A DNA stretch of 64,000 nucleotides from an uncultured virus (IMG/VR IMGVR_UViG_3300024260_000007) (Duplodnaviria; Heunggongvirae; Uroviricota; Caudoviricetes). The notes beneath the pieces were generated by a model, which saw nothing but the letters and a program-made list of their open reading frames with translations, was not told the origin of the DNA and did no database searches. This document shows positions 38,520 through 47,493 of the stretch, piece after piece. Position 1 is the first letter of the stretch. Each line of letters begins with the position of its first letter. Made by a program: the position numbers and the translations under genes. The stretch is from the IMG/VR virus record IMGVR_UViG_3300024260_000007. One strand, written 5' to 3'.

Positions 38520-38770
38520 GTTTAAAGTCGGTCATCGCGACTATGTGTTAGGTGAGAGTTTCTCGTACACCAGCACTCTCGAGCTGGCTAATAATAAGGA
38601 GGGAGACAATAAGGTATCTCCCACTTAGCGTACTGGCTTTATCGTACACGCCAAAGCCAAGGCGCATGAAAAGGGGAAAACATTAAGAAAACCCCCTGTA
38701 CTCTACTGTACCCGCATATCGGAGCGGGTCTGCCGTCAACTTTGCTTATGCTCCTAAGAGTTAAAGTAAA
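38520..38770 (-). ncRNA. Candidate structured RNA with two H-type pseudoknots and several hairpins
   Basis: No ORF of 60 aa or more; directly downstream of the promoter at 38779-38806; complementary segments listed under findings. Confidence 0.5.
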
Positions 38771-38778
38771 GAGATTTA

Positions 38779-38806
38779 AATATACCCTAAATAAACACTT
38801 GGTGTA
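38779..38806 (-). promoter_or_regulatory. Phage promoter (TACACC-16-TATATT)
   Basis: Spacer aagtgtttatttaggg. Confidence 0.7.
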
Positions 38807-38813
38807 AGTTTAT

Positions 38814-39059
38814 TTAAAGTTTTTTATGTGCAACACGTCCTTTTTCATCGCGCTCAAGTATCAAGCAACCACATGAACGTACTCTGCCACCCCGTAAGTC
38901 TGCTGTAGATACGACGTGCTTATTACCGCAACCACATAAGCAGTTCCACATAGCACGACGGTCTGCCTTACGCGACGGTGCGCGACTTATAACGGACAGC
39001 CTACCAAATTTCTGTTTTACTAAATCAACATACACAGGCATGTTATTTCTCCTTTCCAC
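38814..39059 (-). CDS. Cys-rich domain like the N-terminus of HNH/AP2 homing endonucleases, without a nuclease domain
   Basis: FGRL.V...WNCLCGCGN...L.GG..RSCGCL. Confidence 0.7.
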   Translation of the reverse strand: MERRNNMPVYVDLVKQKFGRLSVISRAPSRKADRRAMWNCLCGCGNKHVVSTADLRGGRVRSCGCLILERDEKGRVAHKKL

Positions 39060-39387
39060 ATATGAAATATTCGGGGCACTCTGTTTCGTCTAAAGAGTCC
39101 TCTAATACGCGACACCCTCTGCCCCTAGGCTCGTCCTCTAAGTCTGCCTCATAGAAACCATGGGTGCAGTCCTCACATATGTATCCGACCTCGAATACAT
39201 CGTATAGATTAAATACGGGAGGGGTGTAATCCTCGCAGTCTTTATGATAGTCCTTAATAGACAGACGCTTGCCAGATTGCTCGTATTCTATTACATCTAT
39301 ACGTTGCTGATGGTGCTGACAGCTTATCTCAAGACACTCGTCCGCCTCGCAAAACGACCTACCACCATAAATATCATCTACCATCAT
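39043..39387 (-). CDS. Cys-rich acidic hypothetical protein
   Basis: Multiple Cys; overlap-coupled. Confidence 0.55.
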   Translation of the reverse strand: MMVDDIYGGRSFCEADECLEISCQHHQQRIDVIEYEQSGKRLSIKDYHKDCEDYTPPVFNLYDVFEVGYICEDCTHGFYEADLEDEPRGRGCRVLEDSLDETECPEYFICGKEK

Positions 39388-39763
39388 TTTCCTTCTCCAG
39401 CTCCTCTTTCATGTACTTTAAATCGTGCAGTATCCAATGCTTAAGCATCCCCTTCGACCCTTCAATCGAGTATATACCCACCGTGCAGTACTCTTTATCC
39501 ACAGTCTTGTTCTGACAGGAGAATTGCTCTATGGTCTCCATAGCGTCTGAGAATTTCTTAGTGAAGTTCTCCTCTAAGTCCATCAGCATAACATGTGCAC
39601 TGTTACGATAGTACATCAACATAAACTCATGCTCCGGCTTCTTACGGAGTTGTGCATATATGGTTAGTGCCAATCCATTAATATCCTTAAAAGGCGCTTT
39701 AAATGACTCTCTGCCTTCTCTTTCTGAAAATATAAGCTGTGCTTTTTCCTTGCTAATGAGCAT
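39374..39763 (-). CDS. Hypothetical protein
   Basis: Start placed at MLISKEK after a gagggg RBS. Confidence 0.55.
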   Translation of the reverse strand: MLISKEKAQLIFSEREGRESFKAPFKDINGLALTIYAQLRKKPEHEFMLMYYRNSAHVMLMDLEENFTKKFSDAMETIEQFSCQNKTVDKEYCTVGIYSIEGSKGMLKHWILHDLKYMKEELEKENDGR

Positions 39764-40145
39764 GTGTTTTCCCCTCAAGTTGGTTAAGTGCCATCTCCGC
39801 TGTCGTAGTGGCTCGTTCTGATAGTGCGTCGACAAACTTAGAGCGGTCGATGAGTACTCGGCTATCAAGGGAGGCATACAAAATCTGAGTTAGTATTAAA
39901 CAGGCGGGGGCTAAGTGGGTTACAGCTAATCTAATCTGCTCCTCTGACCCCTTGCCATGCGCTACATCATTAAGTATATTAGATATATGCTCTTGTGCAG
40001 TTTGAGACACACCTAAGACAAACCTAAACGCGCTGTCATAGTCCAAACCGGACAAAACTTCCTCTGCTCCAAGGGCAAACCTCTGCAACGTCTCGGACGT
40101 CTCTGTTATGTACTCTAGTTCGGCGTCTGTATATTCTTCCATCAT
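39753..40145 (-). CDS. Hypothetical helical protein
   Basis: Directly downstream of the promoter at 40157-40184. Confidence 0.55.
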   Translation of the reverse strand: MMEEYTDAELEYITETSETLQRFALGAEEVLSGLDYDSAFRFVLGVSQTAQEHISNILNDVAHGKGSEEQIRLAVTHLAPACLILTQILYASLDSRVLIDRSKFVDALSERATTTAEMALNQLEGKTHAH

Positions 40146-40156
40146 AGTGATTCGCT

Positions 40157-40184
40157 ATTCTACATTAAATACACACATGGTGCA
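40157..40184 (-). promoter_or_regulatory. Phage promoter (TGCACC-16-TAGAAT)
   Basis: Spacer atgtgtgtatttaatg. Confidence 0.55.
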
Positions 40185-40190
40185 TGGTTT

Positions 40191-40397
40191 TCATTTCTCT
40201 TCACTCAACAGGTAACTCAATCGGTCACGCAGTACGTCCAAATATGGACGCATCACGGCTAATTGAGATATCAACAGTCGTTTAGACTCTTCAGATAGCT
40301 CGTCCATTTCGGAGCTAGCTATAAAACTCTTCAGCTTACTTACTTTTTCACTCATCTGTTCGTATTCAATGAATACCTTAGTCGTTATTGCGTTCAT
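40191..40397 (-). CDS. Small coiled-coil phage protein
   Basis: E...L..K..KL..FI...LL..QL.VM..Y..VL..R pattern; RBS aaggagg. Confidence 0.65.
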   Translation of the reverse strand: MNAITTKVFIEYEQMSEKVSKLKSFIASSEMDELSEESKRLLISQLAVMRPYLDVLRDRLSYLLSEEK

Positions 40398-40893
40398 CGT
40401 ACGTCCTCCTTTGCTCTGTCTATTTGTGTTACTACTTCATCAATCCATACGTCTTTTTCATCGTACCCTTTGTCTAAGTAGTCCATTAATATTTCATCGG
40501 CTGTATCTCTGTCTACGAGGTAATCCGTAACTTCAGTTCCACCCACCCATACTGTATATTTCATATTAATTCTCCTCTTAATTGTTTTAACTCTTTTATT
40601 AAGTAATGTTTTTGCTCTTGATAGATGTGCAACTGTGAACATGCATATCTAACCCACGTTTTAGATAGTTTGTGATTATCTCTTTTTTCGTTCCAATCTG
40701 TCATTTTATTCCCCCCTATTAGTATTCGAATGTGTCTAAGGCTTGATTATTAGCCCCATCAAGATTTTGATAAAATTCTTCTTCAGTTTCCCAAACAGTA
40801 ACCAAACCTTCGCCAATTATTAAAACACGATTATTATCGTTTACTTGAATTAGATAATTACCCCCGCCCGTTTCTATTCTTTTAGTGTCCATC

Positions 40894-41091
40894 TTATTTC
40901 TCCTCTTTTAATATTTCTTTATCAACAAAATCAATAGTGCCTCTAATCTCATCATTAACACTTTCGTAATGTTTGTTATCAATTAAATCCACAACCTTTA
41001 CCCATCTCTCAGCTGTAGCCTCGTTATCCTCACGCTTTGTTACCGCTAAGTAATCCTCGTAAGTCCACGTAAATGTTAGTTCTCCACTCAT
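40894..41091 (-). CDS. Hypothetical early protein
   Basis: RBS and operon context. Confidence 0.55.
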   Translation of the reverse strand: MSGELTFTWTYEDYLAVTKREDNEATAERWVKVVDLIDNKHYESVNDEIRGTIDFVDKEILKEEK

Positions 41092-41263
41092 CTTAGTTCT
41101 CCTCAGTCCACTTGATATCGGCGGGAATGTCCCAGTACACCGTGATTGTATCGCCTTCGTCGGGGTTTACGCGCAAAGTGTCACACACTTGTATCCAAAT
41201 ATCGGTTGTAATAAAATCTTCTCTATATAATAATAAATGTGCTACTTGTTGTTTGTTTTTCAT

Positions 41264-41497
41264 TTAAAGCTCCTCGCTTAAGTAAGAGATGTCTACACCT
41301 CTTTTTTCTAGTTCAATTGATACTTCTCTTGGTAGGTATGGCACGCCGTCGTAATCTCTCAGTGCGCCGTCATCAAACCACAACCCGCCACCATGCTCGT
41401 CGCCTAGTTCATGGTGTTCAAAGTAGCCCGTCTTACCGTCGGTAGCTATGGCCACCTCGTAATTAGGTGTCTCGGTTATCTTATAATTAGTATGCAT
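41264..41497 (-). CDS. Hypothetical early protein
   Basis: GYFEH...GGGLWF...DYDG; overlap-coupled. Confidence 0.6.
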   Translation of the reverse strand: MHTNYKITETPNYEVAIATDGKTGYFEHHELGDEHGGGLWFDDGALRDYDGVPYLPREVSIELEKRGVDISYLSEEL

Positions 41498-42026
41498 AAG
41501 TAGTCCTCGTTTTACTATTTAAATAGTTTGCGTACCACCTGTTTTTACGGGGTCTTTTTGACTCTGCATGCTTTCGTGCGTCCTCCAAAGGCTTTAAATC
41601 CATCCCAAAGTGGTGATACCCTCTTTCAATCGTGTCATAATAGTGGTCACTAGGCGCACTAATGATATTTCCGACACCCATCGTGTAAGTTAGCGCCGTA
41701 CCGTGCTCAGTTTCAATCTCAGTTAAGTAATACATCGCATTTGTAGGGCGGGTTCCCTCATATCTATGTAACGCTTTCCAATCCTTGGCACTTGTAATCT
41801 CAAACACGCCCAATGACACGCTTGCACCGTCCTTTGGTACGATATCCGCGACACCGTTAAAGACTAACTGCCAATTAGGGAGTTCGATAGTGGCAATAGG
41901 CTCCGCCGAGGGTGTTCTATATTGCATCTGCTCTAAATCGAGGTTGCTACCGTAGGCTACGTATAAGTAGCCCTTCTTCACAATCTCTTCTGGAGTTAAA
42001 TAAAATTGGTGTGGTTTTTTGTTCAT
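41487..42026 (-). CDS. Gamma-glutamylcyclotransferase (GGCT/AIG2-like)
   Basis: YVAYGSNL, ADIVP, L.RYEG, PS..Y...I..GY. Confidence 0.88.
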   Translation of the reverse strand: MNKKPHQFYLTPEEIVKKGYLYVAYGSNLDLEQMQYRTPSAEPIATIELPNWQLVFNGVADIVPKDGASVSLGVFEITSAKDWKALHRYEGTRPTNAMYYLTEIETEHGTALTYTMGVGNIISAPSDHYYDTIERGYHHFGMDLKPLEDARKHAESKRPRKNRWYANYLNSKTRTTYAY

Positions 42027-42080
42027 GTTTATATTCCTTCTAGTTTAAAAATAGCGGTCTTTTTCTCAATCGCTGAGGCC

Positions 42081-42155
42081 ATTATATCTAATTACACACA
42101 TAAGTCAAGCATTATTTTAAAATAAATTACATATATATACAACTAACTGTATAAT
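42081..42155. promoter_or_regulatory. Divergent promoters
   Basis: - strand TTGACT-16-TATAAT (42081-42108); + strand TACATA-16-TATAAT with TG (42128-42155). Confidence 0.7.
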
Positions 42156-42185
42156 CAGCATTTCATAAAACAAAAGGAGTTACAA

Positions 42186-42413
42186 ATGAAGAGTAAAGTA
42201 CACACTATTGCCCTAAGAGTGTCACAGGACAAGCAAAAGGACATTGAAAAGTTCCGCGACGAGCTAACCGAGCTAATCGGCTACCCTGTAGGCAAGACTG
42301 AGAGCCTACGAATCGCTATCGAGCGTGGCATCAAGGAAATACGTTCAGAGCAGGGGTTTGATAGCCCTATGACACGCGCAGAGAAAATTGACTCTCTAGT
42401 AATGAGCGTTTAG
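42186..42413 (+). CDS. Putative ribbon-helix-helix transcription regulator
   Basis: TIALRV strand then two helices (KTESLRIAIERG); RBS aaggag. Confidence 0.55.
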   Translation: MKSKVHTIALRVSQDKQKDIEKFRDELTELIGYPVGKTESLRIAIERGIKEIRSEQGFDSPMTRAEKIDSLVMSV

Positions 42414-42575
42414 TTTATACTTGTAAGTTCCGAAGCACGTAAAAAAGCCCGCAAAACGTAGTTGCAGGCTTTAAGTTACCTATCAATCTTGAGGAGATAA
42501 TTAAGTAATAGGGTAATTATAACAGTATTTCGGGGGAGAGCAACAAATACTACATTTATATGAGGAGAAAAAGTA

Positions 42576-44837
42576 ATGTCCGTCGAGCAAGACCCTAAAG
42601 TAATAGATTTCATACAAACGTCCGCCAATGCAACCAGAGAGTACTATCTCAACTGGGGTTGGCAACTAACACCCGTCAAGTTTAAAGGCAAAGCGCCTAT
42701 CATGTCGAAATGGAATACACATGTCCTAGACTATGAGTCGTTTATAAGTGAGTATGGCAACACGCCCCACAACTTAGGCTTAATTCTTGGTAAGAAGCAG
42801 GTCGATATCGACCTAGATAGACCCGAAGCTAGAGCGCTTGCGCCCCTGCTCCTACCCCCGACACGTCGGTTTGGTAGGAAAACCGCGCCAAATTCACATT
42901 ACATCTACAACCTCGCACCCTCTTTTGAAGAAAAGGGTGTCAAATCACGCAAGTGGTCACTTCCCGCGTCCATCGCTGATGCTGACAAGGCTGTCATCGT
43001 CGAGTTACGAGGTAATTCTGCTCAAACAGTAGTCCCGCCTAGTATTCACACGTCCGGCGAGTCCATTAGATGGCACGGGTTCTCCGAAGGCGTCTGGGAG
43101 GATGATTTCGCTCAACTTGACGATTTAGAGTTGATTGAATCTGCCTGTGACACCATGGCCTTCCTTACTTTAATGAGTGTTGTCTGGAAACAGATGGACG
43201 GTAATCGACACGACCTAGCACTTGCCACCACAGGCTTACTACTCAAATCGGGTACGAATATCGACCCAGATGCCGTCTATGACATGATGGACTGGGTTAT
43301 GGCCACTGCGGGCGACGAGGAAAAGTCTGCCCGTCTTCGAAATGAAGTAAACGGTACAATCGACCGCTGGAAAAATGGCGACCTTACTCAAGGATACAAG
43401 CGACTAGCTGAGTTACTGCCCGCTGATGTCATGGTTAGCATCAAAAGCTGGATTACCGAGGGCGCTTACACCATCCCTAAGTTCACTGAGCTGACTTACC
43501 GCGATGTTGACGCAATAGGTGACGTGGATGTTAGTGAGTCACACCCTTACTTGGTATATGTTGCTGACGAGGACAGCTACCGAGATGTTATGTTAGGTAC
43601 TAAATACTCTACATCAACTGCACTAGGCAGGACATTCGGCCGTACTCTTGGTAAAAAAGCCCCTAAGATTATCGAGCAACGCGCGCCACAGGTTACTGCA
43701 CGCGCTTACATGCCCGACAAACATGTTATCGACCGAGGCGAAGTGTTCAACTGCGAAACCGGTGCCTACGTAGGAGAAACAACGTGCCTTAACTCATGGA
43801 GAGGTACTCACGTCACCCCTGCTGAGGGAGATGCAACCGACTTTAAATCGCACGTTAGTTCTCTGGTGGATTACAACGAAGAGCTAACCGAGCATTTGCT
43901 AGATTGGATTGCATTTACAGTACAAAAGCCTAGAGAGAAAACCGCTTGGGCTATTCTAATGATGCATGGGCAGGGCACAGGTAAAACATCGTTAGGAGAC
44001 TTAATCGGCAAGTTGGTCGGCGAGAGTAATTACTCTACACCCGATTCCAACGCTGTTAACTCACAATTTAACAATTGGCTGATTGATACAAGATTCATTC
44101 TAATGGATGAGATTAAATCCGCCAACAACAAGTGGGACTTGCTAGACAGACTAAAACCTCTGATTACAGATACAACCGTTTCAGTTAACATCAAGGGCGG
44201 TGCCCAAAAGTTCCAACGCAACTACTGCCAAATTTGGATGAATACGAACCACGCGTTCCCGATGGCTGTTAGTGAAGGCGACCGAAGACTGTTTATCTAT
44301 AAGAGTAAGACCATCTACATGTCGCGCGCCCAGATTGCGGAGCATATTGAGCCGTGGTACAAGGGGGGCGACTACTTTAAATGGGCACATAGTGCTGACG
44401 GGCTGTCTGTAATTCTGGGCTACTTGATGGCACGGGACTTAAGCGGTTTCAATCCACATGCCAACGCGCCTATGACTGCATCACGCGCTGAGCTTGTTGC
44501 TGATAGTTCTTCTGACGTTGAAGATTGGATTACTGAGGCCTATCACTTACAACAGGCACCTCTCAAGTCCGATATCGTTAGACTTTCTGACGTTGTCAAG
44601 GCTTACAAGGACGAGTTCAATAAGAATGTGTCTGCTAAGCGAGTAGGTGCGGTTATCCGCCCACTCGCACAGGTTGCTGAGGGACTATTACCCAACAACA
44701 AGACCATCCGAATAGATGGTGTGCAGATACGTACTGTTGCGATACGCAACATCGCCAAATGGGCTGACGAGGCGGAGGGTAGCTGTGCTAGAGAGTATAA
44801 GAGGGGTGTGGGCGCCGTTTCGGGCGCGCCGTTTTAG
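42576..44837 (+). CDS. Bifunctional primase-polymerase fused to SF3/D5-like helicase
   Basis: NLGL...DIDLD, H.Y, ELR...V.PPS.H; Walker A GQGTGKT, Walker B LMDE, NTN, DRR. Confidence 0.9.
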   Translation: MSVEQDPKVIDFIQTSANATREYYLNWGWQLTPVKFKGKAPIMSKWNTHVLDYESFISEYGNTPHNLGLILGKKQVDIDLDRPEARALAPLLLPPTRRFGRKTAPNSHYIYNLAPSFEEKGVKSRKWSLPASIADADKAVIVELRGNSAQTVVPPSIHTSGESIRWHGFSEGVWEDDFAQLDDLELIESACDTMAFLTLMSVVWKQMDGNRHDLALATTGLLLKSGTNIDPDAVYDMMDWVMATAGDEEKSARLRNEVNGTIDRWKNGDLTQGYKRLAELLPADVMVSIKSWITEGAYTIPKFTELTYRDVDAIGDVDVSESHPYLVYVADEDSYRDVMLGTKYSTSTALGRTFGRTLGKKAPKIIEQRAPQVTARAYMPDKHVIDRGEVFNCETGAYVGETTCLNSWRGTHVTPAEGDATDFKSHVSSLVDYNEELTEHLLDWIAFTVQKPREKTAWAILMMHGQGTGKTSLGDLIGKLVGESNYSTPDSNAVNSQFNNWLIDTRFILMDEIKSANNKWDLLDRLKPLITDTTVSVNIKGGAQKFQRNYCQIWMNTNHAFPMAVSEGDRRLFIYKSKTIYMSRAQIAEHIEPWYKGGDYFKWAHSADGLSVILGYLMARDLSGFNPHANAPMTASRAELVADSSSDVEDWITEAYHLQQAPLKSDIVRLSDVVKAYKDEFNKNVSAKRVGAVIRPLAQVAEGLLPNNKTIRIDGVQIRTVAIRNIAKWADEAEGSCAREYKRGVGAVSGAPF

Positions 44838-44851
44838 AGTTTTTACTCTGT

Positions 44852-45094
44852 TTATCTCGGTTGGCTAAGAGTGCGCTCGTCTGAGCGCCCTAAAGCGTAC
44901 ATGCTCTCTAAGGAGGTTGCGTGGTTAGTAATGAGTTCCCATAACCCTTCGGGTTCCCAATAATCAAAAGTAGCGATTAGATGTGCCGATATAAAGGCAT
45001 CCACCTCTTTATCGGGTAGCTGTTCCCAGCCACTCGGTAGCTGGTCGGTTAGATATTCCCTGCTCGCGATTTGTACGAAGTCGATATTCTTCAT
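44852..45094 (-). CDS. Hypothetical protein
   Basis: ATGA coupling. Confidence 0.55.
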   Translation of the reverse strand: MKNIDFVQIASREYLTDQLPSGWEQLPDKEVDAFISAHLIATFDYWEPEGLWELITNHATSLESMYALGRSDERTLSQPR

Positions 45095-45357
45095 GCTGTT
45101 AGCTCCACTTGCCTTCTATCCCTCTTCGAGGGAGTGGCGGTTATAAGATTAAGACTATGTAGGCGATTTACAGTACGTTTTAGCGTACTAAGCGACATAT
45201 CGCTAAAGCATTCATCCCTATCAATAATGGCACGTGTTGTACGAGGGTGCGCCTGTATATACAAATATACCGCGTAGTCGGCACGCGACAGCTTTAGAGA
45301 GGTGCGTTGTACGTGCTGTTGCTTATATGTGTACCATGTTAGTGCGATATTAGTCAT
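45091..45357 (-). CDS. Winged-helix (MarR-like) DNA-binding protein
   Basis: LS..DY.VY.YI...SLSTLKRTVNRL..LNLI.....DRR. Confidence 0.7.
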   Translation of the reverse strand: MTNIALTWYTYKQQHVQRTSLKLSRADYAVYLYIQAHPRTTRAIIDRDECFSDMSLSTLKRTVNRLHSLNLITATPSKRDRRQVELTA

Positions 45358-45712
45358 GTGCTGTGTCCTTGTTTGATTGTTGATTGTTAGTACATAAGTC
45401 GAACGTGTCGAACGACGCGCGCCACGCGTAGGCTACTGCGTGCGTTAGTGAGTTAAAAGTATTGCCATGGGACACTGAGTCCCAACCATCGTAACATGCG
45501 AAGTGATGGGTGAAAGTGAGTTCTGCTGAGCCGTCCACATTAGTTGAAAACGAATAGCCATCCGCGGGCATACGATTTGACCACTCTACTGAGTCGTAGG
45601 GGCTTTCGTCGATTGCGTTACAGAATAGAGCGCCTTTTTGGGTTGCTGTTAGCATTGCTTTTTCTAAATACATTATGCCACCTCTACAGTAGTTGCAAGT
45701 TGTTTTAGCCAC
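45350..45712 (-). CDS. Hypothetical protein
   Basis: Likely start at internal MYLEK (about 45673). Confidence 0.5.
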   Translation of the reverse strand: MAKTTCNYCRGGIMYLEKAMLTATQKGALFCNAIDESPYDSVEWSNRMPADGYSFSTNVDGSAELTFTHHFACYDGWDSVSHGNTFNSLTHAVAYAWRASFDTFDLCTNNQQSNKDTAHD

Positions 45713-46071
45713 GCATCAGTGAGTTTGACTTGATTGCCATTAGTGAGTTCTGCTATCCATGGGTACTTAGGGGAGCGTGGCTTGTAGTCTACTAAAGTAA
45801 GCGCGCCATTGCGTTGTGAGTGGAGTACTGAGCCGTATTTAATGTTATTTAAGCCTAATAGAGATGCGTGCATACCGATTGATTGCTGATTGCGAGTGAG
45901 TTGCCCTTTTATTTGAGCCTTTATCTTTATGGTGCACTCACTACTCTCGTAAGAGATATTTCCCGAAGAGATATTCAGTCCGAGACGCGCGCCAAGCTGT
46001 TTCAATTCTAGGTCTAATTCACGACGTAAAGTTGCTAGTTGAGGACGTTTAAAAACGGTTATTTTTTTCAT
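45673..46071 (-). CDS. Hypothetical early protein
   Basis: First gene after a consensus promoter; YKPRSPKYP motif. Confidence 0.65.
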   Translation of the reverse strand: MKKITVFKRPQLATLRRELDLELKQLGARLGLNISSGNISYESSECTIKIKAQIKGQLTRNQQSIGMHASLLGLNNIKYGSVLHSQRNGALTLVDYKPRSPKYPWIAELTNGNQVKLTDAWLKQLATTVEVA

Positions 46072-46132
46072 GTTATTTACCTTCTAATTGTTATCAAAAT
46101 AGAGTGTTGTATTTTTACAACCTCTGAGCCTA

Positions 46133-46160
46133 ATTATACACATGGTTTAACACGTGTCAA
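46133..46160 (-). promoter_or_regulatory. Consensus sigma70 promoter TTGACA-16-TATAAT
   Basis: Perfect hexamers. Confidence 0.85.
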
Positions 46161-46164
46161 TAGT

Positions 46165-46540
46165 TTATTATATTTATATATATAATATAACTATGAAAAG
46201 AGCTGTTACACATTGTTGTTACACATTGGGGTCGAAAGTGTCACAAAGTGTAACAGTATCGGTAATGGCTAATATTAGCCGATTGTTATATTAGTAAAGG
46301 CTTATATTGTTACACTAAAAGTTACGGATTAGGTACGGGTTGCGCGTCACAAAAAAGAGTTAATTGAGTGAGGTTTATATCTCTTTGTTACTCTTGTTAC
46401 ATTATTACTTTAGTTTAATAAGAATAAAAAATAAAAGCTATATATCCCTAAATACACACTTAATTAGAAGTGTAAAAATACGTTTTCTGTGAGAGTGTAA
46501 AAATAGTGTAACAACGTGTAACAAATCTTGTAAAGGCCTA
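46165..46540. other. Putative replication origin (AT-rich, TGTTACA iterons)
   Basis: TGTTAC(A) at 46204, 46217, 46308, 46386, 46395; inverse TGTAACA at 46249, 46507, 46517; palindrome at 46267-46280. Confidence 0.55.
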
Positions 46541-46599
46541 GCGAGGTAGTAGGGTATTTTCCGTTGTGGGGTTTTTGCAACAGTTTTTTAGTTTGGGCG

Positions 46600-46627
46600 T
46601 AAAAAAGCCGGATTTTGATGTCCGGCT
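46600..46627 (-). terminator. Intrinsic terminator
   Basis: agccgga/tccggct stem with an adjacent A run (U run on the - strand). Confidence 0.75.
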
Positions 46628-46979
46628 AGGGGGTTATTTTTAGGGGGTTATTAGGGCGTCTTTAAAAGCTCTTTTAGCTCATGTATACGCTCGACGATTA
46701 GGTCGATGGTTTGGGGTGCTAGGTTTCCGCACGATGTGTTAAGTGTGAAGTTGAGCGCGTCGATTAGTTCTTGTGTTTCCATTATTTGATTTCCTTTTTG
46801 ATTAGGGGGTAGGCAACTGCTATTGTTACGATTACGGCAAGGCATGTAAATGCCGTTATTATGTCCATGACTACTGTTGCTATGGGTAGTACGATTAAAG
46901 CGCCTATAAAGGCGATTCTTAAAGCTAGTAGCATTTGGTTTAATTCCTTATTTGTCATTTTGTGGTTTCCTTTTAGTTG

Positions 46980-47261
46980 TTATAAGTAGTTTGTAACGGT
47001 GTCACGCAATAGTTTTAATTCTGCGCTGTACTCATCGGTTATATCTGCGGGGATGTCGCTTGATACGGTTGCGTAAGCGGTATTAAATTCGTCTAGGGTA
47101 TTCGCGATATCATCTAGTGAGTCTTGCGTGTCTATTTGGGCTTGCTCTACCCTTTCGGATAAAGCCTCTATTATCTCTATTAGTTGCGCGTTTGTTTTGC
47201 CTTGCGTGTTGCTAGCTATTAGAGATAGCATCTCATTGTCTGTTAGATGTGAGTAATTCAT
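46980..47261 (-). CDS. Hypothetical early helical protein
   Basis: RBS aagga; early operon. Confidence 0.6.
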   Translation of the reverse strand: MNYSHLTDNEMLSLIASNTQGKTNAQLIEIIEALSERVEQAQIDTQDSLDDIANTLDEFNTAYATVSSDIPADITDEYSAELKLLRDTVTNYL

Positions 47262-47493
47262 TTTTAGGTTTCCTTATTGGTTAATTAAAGTTTCTACCGC
47301 CACGCATGGCGTATGCCATTTTCTGCGTGTCTGTGTTTTTAGTTGTGCGTGATTGTTTCGCGCGCTTGTGGTTTTTAATTCTGTTGTGGTGGGTTGTGTG
47401 TCTCATGGTGTGTGTTTCCTTTTATTATTAATTTGTTTTGGGGTACTAAGTAGGCTTACTTTAAATCGCCCCTTTACGGGGCAATTTGGCGGT

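Noticed and set aside
38520..38770. tRNA or tmRNA
   Set aside because: No acceptor stem with T-loop GTTCRA or CCA end was found; kept only as an unclassified RNA candidate
38814..39059. Active homing endonuclease
   Set aside because: Only the Cys-rich N-terminal-type domain is present; no HNH or AP2 part follows
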